Shown here in pieces: positions 1-15,300 of a DNA stretch of 64,000 nucleotides (within the stretch, counting starts at the first letter, position 1; each line of letters starts with the position of its first letter). A program made the translations under genes and the position numbers. The notes under the pieces were generated by a model. That model made no database searches. It was given only the letters and a program-made list of their open reading frames with translations, and was not told the DNA's origin. The DNA comes from Phoronis australis (Eukaryota; Animalia; Phoronida). The stretch lies in assembly GCA_002633005.1 (NCBI GenBank), contig NMRA01000057.1, positions 240,836-304,835 of the forward strand, given 5' to 3'.

Positions 1-316
1 AACTTAATAAGAACAGAGTTCTATATCTCAGACAAGCTGACGAGCTACACATATTACGGTAATGTTCCTCAAATTTGAAAAAATAATGACCAAATTGGCA
101 TTTTTTATTTTTCAAATGCTCATCGTATTTACAAAAATTTTCAAAAAATTTCACCGTGTGTCTGTCGATAACAGCTGTACTAAAAAAATTTTCAAAAATT
201 AAGTGAAATTGTTTTCTTGTTTAATCTTGTTGAAAATTTTCTTTTAAATAAAAATTTTACTGTTCCACTATATTGAGTTAAAGAACTTTACCGTACATCA
301 AAAACACAACACAAAC

Positions 317-394
317 CTTGGAAACATTAAGTGCTGTCTCAGCCTTTTTCTTTTCCTCTGTAATTCCATTGAATTTCTCGGTGAATCCCTGGAC
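317..394 (-). CDS. TPR: TPR coding exon 24
   Basis: VQGFTEKFNGITEEKKKAETALNVSK, AG/GT. Confidence 0.85.
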
Positions 395-3300
395 CTAACA
401 TGATTGAATATAAATACATGAGAAGTGAACAACAACTGAGTTCAATAAACCTTAAGAGAAAACAATGACAACTTAAGGCAAAAATTTGGAAATTTTCCCA
501 GCAACTTGCAAATTATTTATAATGCTTCTAACGGAAGCCAGTGAGGGCTCTCACTAGAAACCGGTTCCAGTAGAAACCGGTGGCTGGAAAGTACAAAAAT
601 GCCTAATGCCTTTAATAAAAGTGAGTCTCCGATAAAATCGCAGAGCTTGAACTAATTTGAGATGGAAGGATATCAGTTTTGATATTCACACTTTCGTTTG
701 AAGCAAATTAGTTCTATTCCATACCTCAGTCTTGTACTTGTTCATCATCTCCACATCAACAGCATGTTGGACAAGTTCTCTCTCATATTTCTGCTGAGCC
801 TAAATAAACCAGTGTTAGACTCAGATTTAATAAGCCTGTGAACAAGTTCTGCTTCATACCAAGGGCAAGTAAAAGTTCTCCTAGCTATAAGACTATAGAC
901 AAATGTTATAAAATTGACAATGATAGTTCTACCATGCACTACGAGACTATGCGCTGTAATCATTCAGCCGCTACAGGACTGGACAGGCTTGGTTTGGTTT
1001 ATAATTGTCCTGGATATCGGAACTGACGCAGGTGGAAATCAGATTTTTGTTCATAATTATGTCACATCCATGGGAACAATTGGGCACTATGAAATTAAAT
1101 ATTAACTGTTTTCCTGAATTTGATGTTCCAAAGTATGAGGACGTATGTTTGAATAAAGTAGACCCTCTACTTTCAAGATATGAGAAAATTTTGGCCACTG
1201 TATCAAAAGTTGTGATATCCCACCAACGCACCAAATTAAATAAATCAAATACCCACTAACCAAAATGAGGACAAAAAAGGAGCGAATAAGAAATACAGGC
1301 TTAATAGCCTAATAGATCAATTGACCTACACATATTCCAAAATGTATGAGTCAATTCAGAAGGACTATGTCTAGTTTTTCTGCCCTTTTGCAGTTCAAAT
1401 TTTCAGGTGACATCTGTTATGTTTGATTGTCTCCTAACTCGAGGGAAGACCCCTATTAGTTGTTACCTTTCTATGTCTCTGGTATGCTTGATCTCCCTAA
1501 CAGTGACACTGATGTGTTAATAAAAAATATCACCAGATCTGCATTGCCGTTGTACAAGAATGTGAATGTAATGTGTATTATCACCATGACAAAACCAAAT
1601 AAATTGCGACTTGCGACACAACATGGCTCTTCCAGATTACACAGCGATAGAACTCTCCTTTATCTCGAGGCAAGAAAGTGAGTTGTTTCATTGGCCTCAT
1701 TTTGGAATGTCAGGCATACTTTCACAGACCACGTCCGAAAACATCAAGGTGTATGTCCATAGAAATACAGATTTCAACAGTTTTAAAGTGCTGGAATTGT
1801 AAAGGTATCATCAATAAAGGGCGTAAATACTGCACGATTCGAGTGTTGCTATGTAATTCGGGACAGACCTACTTTAATGGACAAGTGTGTCTTTGAAATG
1901 TTTTAAGCACCAATTTTGCGAAGTGTGCTCCTAAAATTGTCACTATCAAGTAAAGCATTACAAAACCACAGGCATATAAAATGAACCAATGCTTGGTACA
2001 AAAATATTTTCAGCACTAACAAAACATCAAAATTCCACGTTGTACCAAATTCAGTCAAAAGATTATTACGTTCTAATAAACAAAACTAATGATGGATGAA
2101 CCAGAAAGACAAAAAACCTGATGCCAACATGACAAGAATGAACCCACCTCGGCCGCCATGGATACCAGTCCTTCACAGTCCTTCCTTGCCGACTGTTCAG
2201 TGGCTATTGCCTGCTCCTGTCTTTGAACAGCCTCCTCCAGCTCATTCTGTACCTTGGCTAGCTGTTTACGCAGCTCAGCATTCTACAATGGGACAACACA
2301 GGGAGGTATACTTGCCAGAAATCCACACTGGGGTGACGAAGTAAGAAAATTATGAAAGCAAATAGCGGTCACCATGGTACATTCAACTTCGGGAAGGCAG
2401 TAATTACAGATAAATAGTTTAAAGATTGAAGTTTTCCAACATATAAGTTTTGTTTGGTTTCAAAAATAGATTGTTTGTATTAAGGCAGTGGTACCTATTC
2501 TCCAAAACACATTTAACACTCTGTATGCTGTATGATTTGACAAACTTTTGAAAATGTCGATACTTAGGTATGAGTCATCACAGAGCAAGAGATCAACATT
2601 ACAAACCTCATAACGATATTTCCACGATTTTGGCAAATGTACATTTTGTTTGTTACCGTTCAGAAAATCAGAGTTCACTTACAAGTGCATGGCTCTCCTC
2701 AGAGATGCGGATATTTTCACTCAGCAAATGTTGGTTCTCTTTCTTCAGAGATTCCAGCTGGCTCTCAGACTTCTCAGCATCTGTGAAACAAAGCAGATGG
2801 AGAACACTAAATGAATCTGGCACACATCTGACACAAGACGTAGGGGACCATAGATTCAAGAAAATACCAGAGACATTAACTGAGGCCTGCCTCAGCAAGA
2901 TAAAATAAATCAAGAAATGTTAAGGAAAGCTGTCTGAACCTACTGCCTCTCAACAGTCGTATAACACATTTTGCTTCACCTGTGTTTTGATGGAGGGTAG
3001 TTGACGCAGAATATATGGAGTTTCACATTCCAGAAACACAACAGTCCTTTAAAACCATTCTTTTTCATTTGCACTCATCTCCATCACTGTACACCCCGTT
3101 ACTGGTGCCAGGCATTGGGTAAATAGGGTGAAGTAGAAACACCATTCACACTGTATAAAATTCCATATTAAGTTCAAAAACTGAATAGCAAACTAAAATT
3201 TTTCAACAAAAACTAATCAGATCACGTTATTAGCAGTGGTCATCTCATTTGGCCACCTCCACAAACTTTAACAGCAGCTACCCTTCCTTTTACAAAATTG

Positions 3301-6300
3301 ACTAGATATGGCAATGTAGAAAGAAAGCACAAATTGGCTGATGCAGCTGACTCACCAAGTTTGGCCTGCTCTACTTGTGACATCATCGTTGACTTGAATT
3401 CCTCGCTGACCTGGTTCTGGTCATGTAGGCTTCGCTCCACGCTCTCTGCGATCGACTTGTACTGCTCCGCATGTTCCTTAAGCTTAGTCACCTGCTCTTG
3501 TAGACTGATCACTTCGGCTCGCGCCGCACCCAATTGGTCCTGAGTGTCGCGCAGCTCTTCTTGGCTAGAGGGCACAACTGGGGTTGACGCGTCGGATGAG
3601 CTTGGCTCAGATGGCTGACCGATGCGTGACAGTCTGGTCTCTGCTGAAGCCAATTTGGCCTTAGTGCTGGTCAACTGAATTAAGAAAGCAAGTCATGAAT
3701 TACTTGTTAGAGAAATGTGTTCATTGACTCGCAGTGTTTTAATCAAGCAAATATATTATTTTTGCTGGGACAGCAAGCAGGTTATGGCTCATTACTCAAC
3801 TTATCAACACCGAAGGGTAACAACCACATTCTGTAAAATGTGGCATCATGCACAGATTTTCAAACATTTTAGCACCAGTCATCTGAACTTTAGCCATATG
3901 ATAGAACCTGTTGACTAGTTGGTATGACATAGCTTTCAATACGTAACAAAATTGCTACTAAGTGCCATAAAAACATACCATAAGAACTCAGTACATCACA
4001 ACAGTTGTACATGCCACGGACTCAAAGGTTATCTCCCACTCACCCAACCTATATCCGTCTTAAAAAATAAAATTTTAAACCCATGATGTACCACATTTAT
4101 GTTCCTTGATGCACAAGGAGTAAAAAAGTCAACACACGCATCAAATATGAATTCCCACAAAAACACCAAGACATCATTGTATTCAAGTACAACAGAGACC
4201 AACTCGTGATAATTTTCATAAACTACATAAGGTTAATGAGAATTATTCACTTGAGAACAAAGCCAGCATCATGCCATTACAGTTTTCAAACAATACCACT
4301 GTCAGTACGCCAACTATCAAACACAAGCTACTGAACATAGCTTAATGAAATGGGAACCCTTCGTCCAAAGGTATGGAACCAGCTTATCCATAAGCGCGTG
4401 ACCCCCGCATGCCCCTACCTCATTTTGAGTGGTGTGAAGCTGTGAGTAGGCGTCCACCAATTCCTCTCTGACTTTCTCTGTGTTTTGACCTGAAGACTCC
4501 AGGCTGCTATGCAGACTCTCAATCTTGGCCTACAACAGGCATACAGGTGTTCAGAAAATAGTATGCATGAATGAGAGTTTCATTGCCTGAATCACAGTCT
4601 TTCCACAACCCTTCTACACAACAAGTTGGGTAAACAAACTAAATACGAGTTCTGGTGTTAAAAACATCTAACATTCCTCACATCCATTTTTGGTCTTCCA
4701 AAGTAGTAGCAGAATCGCGTGCCTATCCAAATTGGTTGCAACAAATCGTTGGACGGCCACAGTGTCTTAGTGACAGAAACTAGCCTTCTGCCACAACCAA
4801 ATTATTGGGCCTGGTCTGAAGCTATAATGACTTGTTATTTCATGTCATGCCAAAAATCATTGTTATCTGAGTAAGGAACAAGATGAGGCCCATTTTACTA
4901 TGGAAGTGGCTTAAATCGAAAGTTGGGTTTGTGACAAAATGCCTGGGTTTACTGATAAGGGCTGTTCCAGCAAAATCTGTATGGGAGGGGGGGGAAGGCA
5001 CTTTTATTTCGTACCCACCGCCCATATTTTTCATTTATTTCTCCAACCCATGACCCATAATTTTTTAATTATTTTAATAGGTTAAAATATAAAATCCAAC
5101 AACTGCAAACAAATTGCCTCCAGGAGGACCTGTTAAGAACTTAGATGATTGACAGACAAGAACTAGTTGTCTTGTTCAATATTGTCAAAAACTAAAGTAG
5201 CCTGTGAGCAATATTTTTGGCAGCCACCAGGTGTCTCTGTTAACCATGTGTCTATAATTTCAATAAACATTTTTTCAATTATAAGGATCTATGAATCTCA
5301 AACTGTCTCCACGAACTCTTTTATACTTCTATGTCAAGTGAATATTGGAACTTGTTTAACTTACTCCTCATACTTTTTATTTAAAAACCATCAATTTTCT
5401 TATATGTGTAAACACCAGTTTAGTGTTGCATAACTTTTCAATTCAATANNNNNNNNNNNNNNNNNNNNNNNNNNNNNNNNNNNNNNNNNNNNNNNNNNNN
5501 NNNNNNNNNNNNNNNNNNNNNNNNNNNNNNNNNNNNNNNNNNNNNNNNNNNNNNNNNNNNNNNNNNNNNNNNNNNNNNNNNNNNNNNNNNNNNNNNNNNN
5601 NNNNNNNNNNNNNNNNNNNNNNNNNNNNNNNNNNNNNNNNNNNNNNNNNNNNNNNNNNNNNNNNNNNNNNNNNNNNNNNNNNNNNNNNNNNNNNNNNNNN
5701 NNNNNNNNNNNNNNNNNNNNNNNNNNNNNNNNNNNNNNNNNNNNNNNNNNNNNNNNNNNNNNNNNNNNNNNNNNNNNNNNNNNNNNNNNNNNNNNNNNNN
5801 NNNNNNNNNNNNNNNNNNNNNNNNNNNNNNNNNNNNNNNNNNNNNNNNNNNNNNNNNNNNNNNNNNNNNNNNNNNNNNNNNNNNNNNNNNNNNGCCGTCC
5901 CCCCCCCCCTCCCACACGGATTTTACTGGAACAGCCCTAATATGATCAATTTTGAAATAAAAAATTATAAATGTTATGAAAACTGCATTTTATTTGGTGT
6001 GCACAATTTAGAATACAATCTCTATCTCCAATCTTCATACCTGGAAACTCTGTACAACAGCTTTGTGTTGTGCAGCATCACCATCATGTTTACGACGTAA
6101 CGATCTAAGCTCGCCCTCCAGGTGCTCATTTCTGTTGCCTAGCAACGTCTTTGTTTCAAACTCACTCCTCTCGAGATTGTTCTAACAAAACATAAAAAGC
6201 AGACTGAATGGATAGTGTGCGCATTAGTGTTTATGAAGCTTGACAAAAAATACAGGATCTACGTATTGTGAACTTCAACCACAATTATTTCAAGGATGCT

Positions 6301-9300
6301 TTAAGTTATAAGTTTCTGTCTATTCTGAGTTTTTGTGTAAAAAAAGTCAGCCAGAATCTTCCACAACATCACCAACCTTCCAAAACAAGGCGACTTAAAC
6401 CGATGATACTATCAGGCACGGCTTGATTTGTACACCAAATTACACAAGTGTCTCGCCAAAAACATAAAATATCACTGGCACAATGTATTGTAGCAGATGC
6501 TTTGTCAGAAAAAGTCTGACATGAATTTGCCCGCATTTTGAGAACCAGTTTTCTCCACTGAATTATGGACATCATCAGGTTCTCAAAATGTGTGCACTTT
6601 ACATCAGATTATTGCCGTTTTGTCCAAAGGTGCATGGCCATCAGTGCGGTCTTACCAAATGAAGTAAATACACATCCATATCTGAAACAAATTCCTGCAT
6701 TTCAGTTTTATCAATGCTTAAAGCTGAGTCTGACATAAAAACAGAAGGTACGAAAAAACAATTTATAATATTCCAGCTACAGCTTCCACACACAAAATTG
6801 CAGAGAATCTTTTGCAACGCATATACACTGTTCTGGAAAATGTCCTCGTTGTGATCGACCCACAATGCATTAGCAGTGTCTGCACTGCTTTGATACCTGT
6901 ATTGTCTGCAGATTGGCCAGCACTACCGTCTGCATCTGTTTCTCTCTCAACATGGACTCCTTCTCCTGCTCAAGTCTCGCCGCCGACTGTTTAACAATGC
7001 TCAACTCTGATTGGAGGTTCTCGCACCTCACCTCTGACCTTGCCTGGTATTCTTGGCTAGTTTTTATCTCCTAAAAGATGTGTAGTAAAGTGGACGAAGT
7101 AGTTGTCAATAGTGAGACGCAAACAGGAAAATTTCTAATTTCAGAGCATCATAACTCAGAATGGCTAATCATGTTTAAATGAAATTACTGTGCTTTACAC
7201 AATGTTCTCCGAAACGATTTCAGTAATTGCTTTTTAAAATGTTTCACTTCTGCATGCTGGGCCGTTAAAAAACATCATTTCAAAATATTCTTGCGTAAAA
7301 AACAAACAAGTCGTATGAAATGAAAACAAAATGATAACTAGCTTCTCTTTGTCTACCTGTACTGTCATGTCCAACTGACCCAATTTAACTTTGGATAAAT
7401 CAGAAGTCAATCAAAAGGCACTTTCGCTCCCTCACTTCACTGATGAGATTGATGTTTCAGTAAACAAGCCAACACCCACCTGTCTGAGCGTATTAATTGT
7501 CTGCTCATACTTTACAGCTGAGACAGTTAACTTCTGGTTTTTGCTTCTCAGTGAGTCAATCTCTTTCTTGCTATTCTCGTTGTTAGTTTGTAGGATCTTG
7601 TAGCGCTCAGCTGAGTAGTCAAGTTGTGATGCGAGGCGGGAATTCTGCAGTCGTAATTCTGAAGCCTCGTTTCCAACAGATTCAATTTGCTCATTGAGAA
7701 GTCTGAAATGAACAAAAACAGAAAGGAAATTCTAACATGTAATCTTTGCAATTAAGTGATCTAGGCTAAAATTCTGTGAAATATTTCAGGTTCTCTTTAC
7801 ATTGCCACGCAATAAACACTTTCTGACAGACATTTTTTCTTTAAATTAGCTTGGAAGCTATCAAATCTAAACATCTTGACACACTGTCCTTTTCAAAGGT
7901 AAAAGACGTCAATGTTTTTTTTTACAAAAAGGACATCCACTTACTATGTTTCATAAACTCAAGTACGTTGTTATACAATTCAAGTTTAGTGGGATTAAGA
8001 CTCACTTGGTATTCTCCGTCCTTTCCTTTTTGTACGTTTCATATTCGGTTTTCAGTTGAACCAGGGCTGTTTGGGCATCTTGAAGCTCTTTGGATGAAGA
8101 ACTGTCAGGTTGGGGCATAGAGCCTACCACTGAAGGGGTTTTCAAAGGCGACTGAGTCTTGCTTGGGGTGTCAGGCAGCTAAAGAGAGAGGGACATTGGT
8201 ACAATGAACATCAAAGACCAGTGTAATAACCTGCGTGCAAAATCCAAATTTTGAATGTTTTGTGAAACCATCCAAATAAAGCTCATTCTCACTTTACAAC
8301 CACCAAGTTCAAACAACATGAAAGCTCCATGACGTTAGAAAAATCCTTGTTGATCAATGCTGTCAAGAGCTTTTTTGTAATCAATAAAAATGCTCACATT
8401 TCCAGTCTGTGACAGTAAGACCCTGTACATGTCCCTCTGTCTCACTAACGACTCCACCATCTCCTGCTGCTTTGTTCTGGAATACTTCATTGATTCTAAA
8501 TCTTTAATAGCTGACTCCAGCTGGCTTTTCAGCTCAGCAGTCCTGAAACAAAATTTAGACTTTAGGGCCCAAAACACATTTTGGGGTTCTTGAAATTATT
8601 GGAAGAAATAGTATAAAAGTTGACTTCCAGTCATCGAGACCAGTCCCCTTAACAGTTGATCACCCTTAAAATTTTCAGGGACTAGACACTGCCTTGTAGC
8701 TCTAGCACCAAAGCGCCAGACTGCAACTACTAAGATTGTGGGTTCAACTCTGTCCACAGTCATGGAGCTGATCATAAATACACAACCATGTCAGGGATGA
8801 CGTTGCTTTCAGCACTTTCAATACAATTTTTAGAACATTCTGATGACAAACGCACACCAGAACAAACTAAGATCGACCACTGCAACACATACAAGTCCCA
8901 ACATAGTATCCAAACTAGTTGTGAGTGTGAACTCTGACCTGGAGTCTATGGCCGTGTTCTCTTCCTCTTCCTGTTTGTCACTCAGTTCTCTGACCACCTG
9001 CAGAAGCTTCTGGTTCTGTTCTTGTAGCTCTTCAATACTCCTAGCAACAAGTCATTCATGATCAGTTAATTTCAAGACATTTTATATTGTACTCCATATG
9101 CACTGCTCAGTTTCTGATCCTAACATACAATAGACATTGCATCAAATTCATTTCACATTGTATCAACACACTGGATGACCAGTTACTTCCTTTAATTCTT
9201 CCACTTCAATACCTGTGGATACTGATCAACTCGTATCATCAATTTATACAACAGCGTTCAGGAAGTTTAAATTTCCACACTACACATCAGCGACATTCCA

Positions 9301-12300
9301 GAGCATAACTCTGATCATTTTCAACGTGCTGCCATATCTCAAACTAAAAAGTAACAAATTAAACCGATTTCCACAAGATCTTAGTCATGCATGAGGTCTT
9401 TCACACAAGACGTGACCTGACCTTACCTGAACGACACCAGTTTACGCGTGATCACCTGTGATGAGCTTGACACCTGTGCCTCGGATTCATCTTGAGCGGT
9501 CGTCACGTAACTACCGCGGGCTTCTTCCAGCTCTTTCAACAGAACCCGCACCTACAGGGGGCATTGTTAGAATTATAGTCAGTCATTACCTTCCTATACA
9601 TTTTCAAAAACATTCAAAACATTTTTATTCTTTTTAGCACACACATCCCTACCTTGTGAAAAGTACCACGAATTTTCCCTCCCTTAAGAAGATTACCACC
9701 GCTATTTTAAAGCATATAGTCGTGGACCTGCGCGACCACCATAAGATTTGTGAGCTTTGAATAATGGATGGTGGCTGTCTAAAATGAAGATGGCAGCAGA
9801 GTTTTTCGCAAACTGAGGGAGGATGTGTAGTAGTATTGGTGCCAAAATATGTTGCACGTGCTATTTACTGAAATAGACAATTAGTTTTCACAAAATACAG
9901 GCCGATGTGGCACAGTAATAACTGAGATATAAAACAACCATAATGTACACCAGCGTTATCCAAGGTTGTATCTGATTCTGGTGATTGTCACTGAGCTGTA
10001 CATGAAGATGACAGAAACACATTGAAGACAAGTTTGGAAATGTTGTATGGTGTATCTACTTGTTTTATCTGTACACAAACATGATGTCTGGAATATATCG
10101 AAATATCATTTTTTCATGAGAATGCAAGGGCACTCTACTTTGGGGATTTTTCATGCGGATCAAACATTGTGATTTGTTTTGATATACAACACCCAAAAAT
10201 GGTTTAATTTAATTTTAACCATCTTACTCGCCAACCTTGATCCAACAACTTTTTGTCAAGTGTGAACCCTGTAATGAACAGAACACGTCAACGCACCTGC
10301 AGTCCTAGATCAACTGTCTGCTGTGTCAAGCGATTGTTGTCTCTGCTGAGTTGACCAAACTTGCGCTGACTGTCATCAGATGAGATGCGCAGTCGCTCAC
10401 ACTCCTACAAAAGCAACTCAATTTACTAAACATTGGGTTTATTTTACACGACCACTAGATACCGCTGCCCCTGAATGACCACATAAAACCCTTAGAATCA
10501 GTCCATACTTGGATAAAGTAAGTGTCGGGTTAAAAATACCACCAGACTTAGGTACTTCTAACTGCTAAATGGCAGTGGAATGAACCAGCAATTAGAAAAA
10601 CATGAGAACAATATAACAGACCGTCAGTTTGACATGTACTAATTTCAAATGGGGAGGAACGACTACCTTAGTTGGAGTGACCATTACAAGAAAAGTTACT
10701 CTGTCAGTTGAGTTTTAATTTATCATTTATATCTTGTCCATTTGTATCCTGTCCAGTCAGAACTTATTTGATTTCCAAGTTCCCATGAAGTGCAGTTCAC
10801 TATTGCAAACAAGAAGTTGTGTCAAACACTCAGAAACCACCACTCACCATCATCGCGGAGTCTAGCTGTCGCGTCAGTTGATTGACAGTGTTGAGGGCGT
10901 GTTCATAGTCCAGCCTCTGTTTCTTCATGATGGGAGCTTTCTGCTCGATCTCCAACAGGATCTGGTCCAATGAGGCGTTGAGTCGTCGGTTTTCTTCTTT
11001 CTCTTTCTCATAGTTCTCCGACATCTCAACATACTCGCTGTAGATCTGTGTAAAAATGCCTTAATTATTATCACTAACATTTCAACTTTCCATGATACCT
11101 AACAACGAAATTATGCAATTAAAACAGATAAATGGTTCAAAAGAAATTTACTTAAAGTAAGAGAAAAAATTTCAATAAAATGTCTGAAAAATACTTGAAA
11201 AACTGAATTTCACCATGTTTAGCTAGAAAAAAAAAAATCGAATGAAGCCTTTTAGTTTCATAAAATCAGTCTGACAGTATTCCTTATCATAAGACTCTGT
11301 TTACATACCAACAAGAAAACTGAAACCATCAGCGTCTCAAGAAAACAATTAAGAGTTTGCCAACCCTAATATTGTGAATTTGAAAATGTCACAGGTATGC
11401 ATTGCCTATGACTTGAGACGCTGGCTCATTCGGCAACCATTCAAAATCAGGTGGGCGTGGCAATGTTTTTAAACCTCAACAGGCTTCAGTTAAGAATTCG
11501 ACATTGACAGCAAAACAGTGGCGAAATAAAATTTTGAGGATGGCACCTAGAATGGGACAAGAGAGAAATGTATTATGCCGTATGGCAAATTCATTTGCCA
11601 CATAAAAGATGACTTCTTGTACATCTAATAACAGATAACTTATAAATGTTTTGTGAGACATCATTAGGACAAAATCACTGAAGCCATGAAATTGACGTAT
11701 TAGTTTTAGATGAGGAAAAATACTTTAATTTGCAATGCATATAAATTTTTTGTTTGGAACAGTCAAGAGGACACTCAGCTCAGCAAAAAAAATATTGACA
11801 CAAGACAGTATCAAAATGATGACCTTTTTACAGTTGGAGATTAGTAGAAGCTAAACTTTCCACGCAATCATATCACGATTTCGTTGTGGATATTCCGCAA
11901 ATCCCTGTCCATAAAAAGGTCAATGGTGCAACAGTTGCACAGCTGGGGTCTGTTTCATGATAAGGGAATTTGGTATTGCCCTCATGTATTTTTTACCAGA
12001 CCACAGCCTATTAATAATTTATACAAACCACCTCGGTAAATAGAAAAATAATTATATTCTCAGACAAATTGTACTTTTGGTCAGGTGAGATTTAATTTTT
12101 CCAAAAATAATTGAGTGGAGTGCAAAACCAAAGTTCTGGACAGGTGTACCTCCTAATTCACTTTCATAAAACAGCTTCCTGGTGCATTCACAACTAGATT
12201 AACAGAAAACACACAAAATGCACAACCCAGTACCTGCGTGAGAGTCTTTCCAGATTTGAGCAGACTGCTGACAGCAGCGGCTGACGGTGACATGGCCTCG

Positions 12301-15300
12301 ATCTCGGATTTAGACAACGAGTGTCGCTTGGACTGTTCAAGAATTGTGTTGGCATTTGAGAGCTCACGCTCAAACTTGGCAATCTGCTCATCTGAAAAAA
12401 ACCACGACACACCAGTCATTTTAACCTGATACACAAATTTACCGTTTAATTCAAAAAGTTCAAAAGCAGAAAAGACATCAAATTATGGCAGCAAGACAAT
12501 ACGGTAAAAAGGTGAGAATTCATTTAATAGCTAAATTTCTCATCAAGAACAACACCATCGGCAGACAAATTTACACAGACTGTACTATAAAACAGTAATC
12601 AAACAACTTTTGAGTGTTCCAGGCCCCATACTAATGATTAAAACTTTTGGTAATTAACACTGTGAAGGATTGAAGAAGCTCCCAACGGTCAAGTAATACT
12701 CAGTGACTGTGTGGGTGCACAACCACTAACAGGCTCCATAGTTCTACTCAGACATCAGCGTTGATTGAACCTGAAGCACCGGAATGCATAACCAACATTA
12801 ACTCCACACAAAAAGTGTTAAAAATCAAAATGGTAAAATTAACAGTTTCAAAACTGTGAAGTACAATCTAAGAGTTCAGCTTGGCATCCAGCATCTCTAT
12901 CCTGCTGTTACCTTTACTCCGTCTTCAAATGATCCTCAATATCTCCACACACCAACTCACCTTTGACCTTCAGGTCAGCCTGATACTTGTTGTCATTGTC
13001 TACCAGCTGCTTTTCGAGGTCAGAGTTCGCTGTCTGTGCCTGACCAATCAGTTTCTGCAATTCCTCGACTGCGGTCGTCATCTCGCTGATGCGTCCCTCC
13101 ATGTCCTCCGATGACTCTTTGTACAGGGTGACTAACTTTGTCTGAGCATGAACCTCGCTTCTATACTGTTCTTCCACCTAGATGTTCAAGTTAGAATTTT
13201 TAGAAAAGTATTTCACTTTTTATATTCAACACTCCATGTTGTTTTAGTACAACCAAAATATTTTTTTTTTCTTTATACCCAACCTATACTTCTTGTAACC
13301 TTCATTTCCTATGTCATTAGTCTATCTGGGAGACAAGTGCTTGTATTAAGCATGGTTACTGAGAATAAAGAACATCAAAATAATACATGATCCTATTTAG
13401 AAAAATAAAAGCCTATGGTATTCTAGCTTTGACAACTATACGACATTGTCACCTACCTGAGCTTGCTGTTCACGAGACTCTTTCAGTTTCTCAGCGAGCG
13501 TCTCAATTTTCACCGCCTGTTTGTCCACAGTCTTCTCTAGACTATTCGCCAGTTCCTTGAAAGAATTCGCCTCCTCTGTACGAACATCAACAGAGGTCTG
13601 AAGATCCAGCATCTTTTCCGACTGGAGAAGAGATTGATGATAAATAGCCATATGCATAATAAACAGCCAAAGGAGGACTTACTAATACTTATATTATTAT
13701 AACCGCCAGCAATACTTTGCTTTGAACATACTGAAACAAATCATACATAAATGACATATCATGGAAATATGCCCTTTGATGAAATGAAAACATACAGGTC
13801 AAAAATGGAATGTTCAACACAAATTGCCACGGAGTGAACTTAATTTCAAATTTCCATTTGAATTGAATTGAATTAATTTTCGTTTGCCAGCTCTCATCCC
13901 GTAACTGAGGTTATTGTAATTACCCAATAGCGCGTAATCCACAATTTTGCATTTCAAAGTTTTAAGAAACAACCAGATGCATCCATGACTTGAAATTCAT
14001 CAACTCCCTGGACTAGGACACATGCAGTTACCTGTTCCTTGCGCAACACAATCAGTTCCTTCGTCTTCTCCTTGAGGTCACTGTTGAGCCAGTCTATCTG
14101 TTGCTGCATCTGGGCACGCTCCTGTTCCAATCGCTGTTCACGGGACTAAAACACAAGTCACATGTTACCAAATACTAGAGAATGCTTAGTGATTTACAAA
14201 AGAATAATGATGACCAATAACCTTCTCCAAGTTGTAGAGAAACAGTTACCCAGCAGGCATTAATAAACCCAGAAGAAAAATGCATTAGACAACTAACTTA
14301 TTAAGGGAATCACATACAAGAACAACTCCCAGTAAACAATAAAGATATTTCACTGTTTCTGCGTGAATCTGCAGTGGCAAGCTCCTCTCCACTATTCTAT
14401 CTCTTAGACCTATCATCACTTTGAACATCTGCAGGTCGGAGTAATCGAAGACACAAGCATACCTTGAAGCTGGTCTCCTGTGACTGGAGTTCGTCCAGCT
14501 TTGCCAGCGCTTCACACTTGGCGTTATTAAGCGACGTGCACCTCTCAGATAATGACTTCCACTCATCTGAAATGCAAGAGTGGAGTTTATCAATTCTCTA
14601 CCAGTGTAAAGACTTAAAGACCACAGACTTGTGTTCCCATTACGAAGTCAGGACACAAAAACAAATCAGTGCATGATTTCATGAATGTCTGTTATTGGTT
14701 GCACCAGAAATTCTGTGTCCTCCCCATCTGAATACAAATGACAGGCTGGAAACGCTGACCAAGTCTGCGTTCACAGCGAAGGCACAAAGCCAAGGAAAAC
14801 TTGGAAATTTTATTTATGGACACTGAACTACTTACAGGCATTAATGTGAATGACTATGGTAGTACATCAGGTCACATCCAGTAAAAACAGTGGAAGATCA
14901 TGTAACCTACTGTGTGACTACAGCTGAAGATACTGGGGTTTTATACCACAATATTAGCCTCGAATGGCCAAAACAACCGTGTAATAACTCATTTAGTTAT
15001 CTCACTAGTGAGATACCACTTTGGTGGGAAACCGAGGCCGGTTTCAAGCCCGGGCCTCAAGAGTTTCGGGTCGCCGCCTTTACCACTGCACCAATCAGCG
15101 GCTGACGTCATCGACCGTGAAAATAGAATACTTAAATGAGCACGCGCAATAATCTCATGTTCAACAAAGGGCATTGTATTGACATTTATAACATCCATAA
15201 AAACGATATCTTATTCAGTGAAATTTTTCTCTCATGTTCTATCACTTGTAAATCACCGATCTCCAATTTGAATGCAGGTATCGTGTTGTTGGGATCCTTT

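Noticed and set aside
5400-6100. Long ORFs in ORF track
   Set aside because: Artefacts of the N gap
15015-15102. Functional tRNA genes here and at 8700-8770, 21100-21165, 46065-46165
   Set aside because: A/B boxes present but no complete cloverleaf could be drawn; treated as SINE heads
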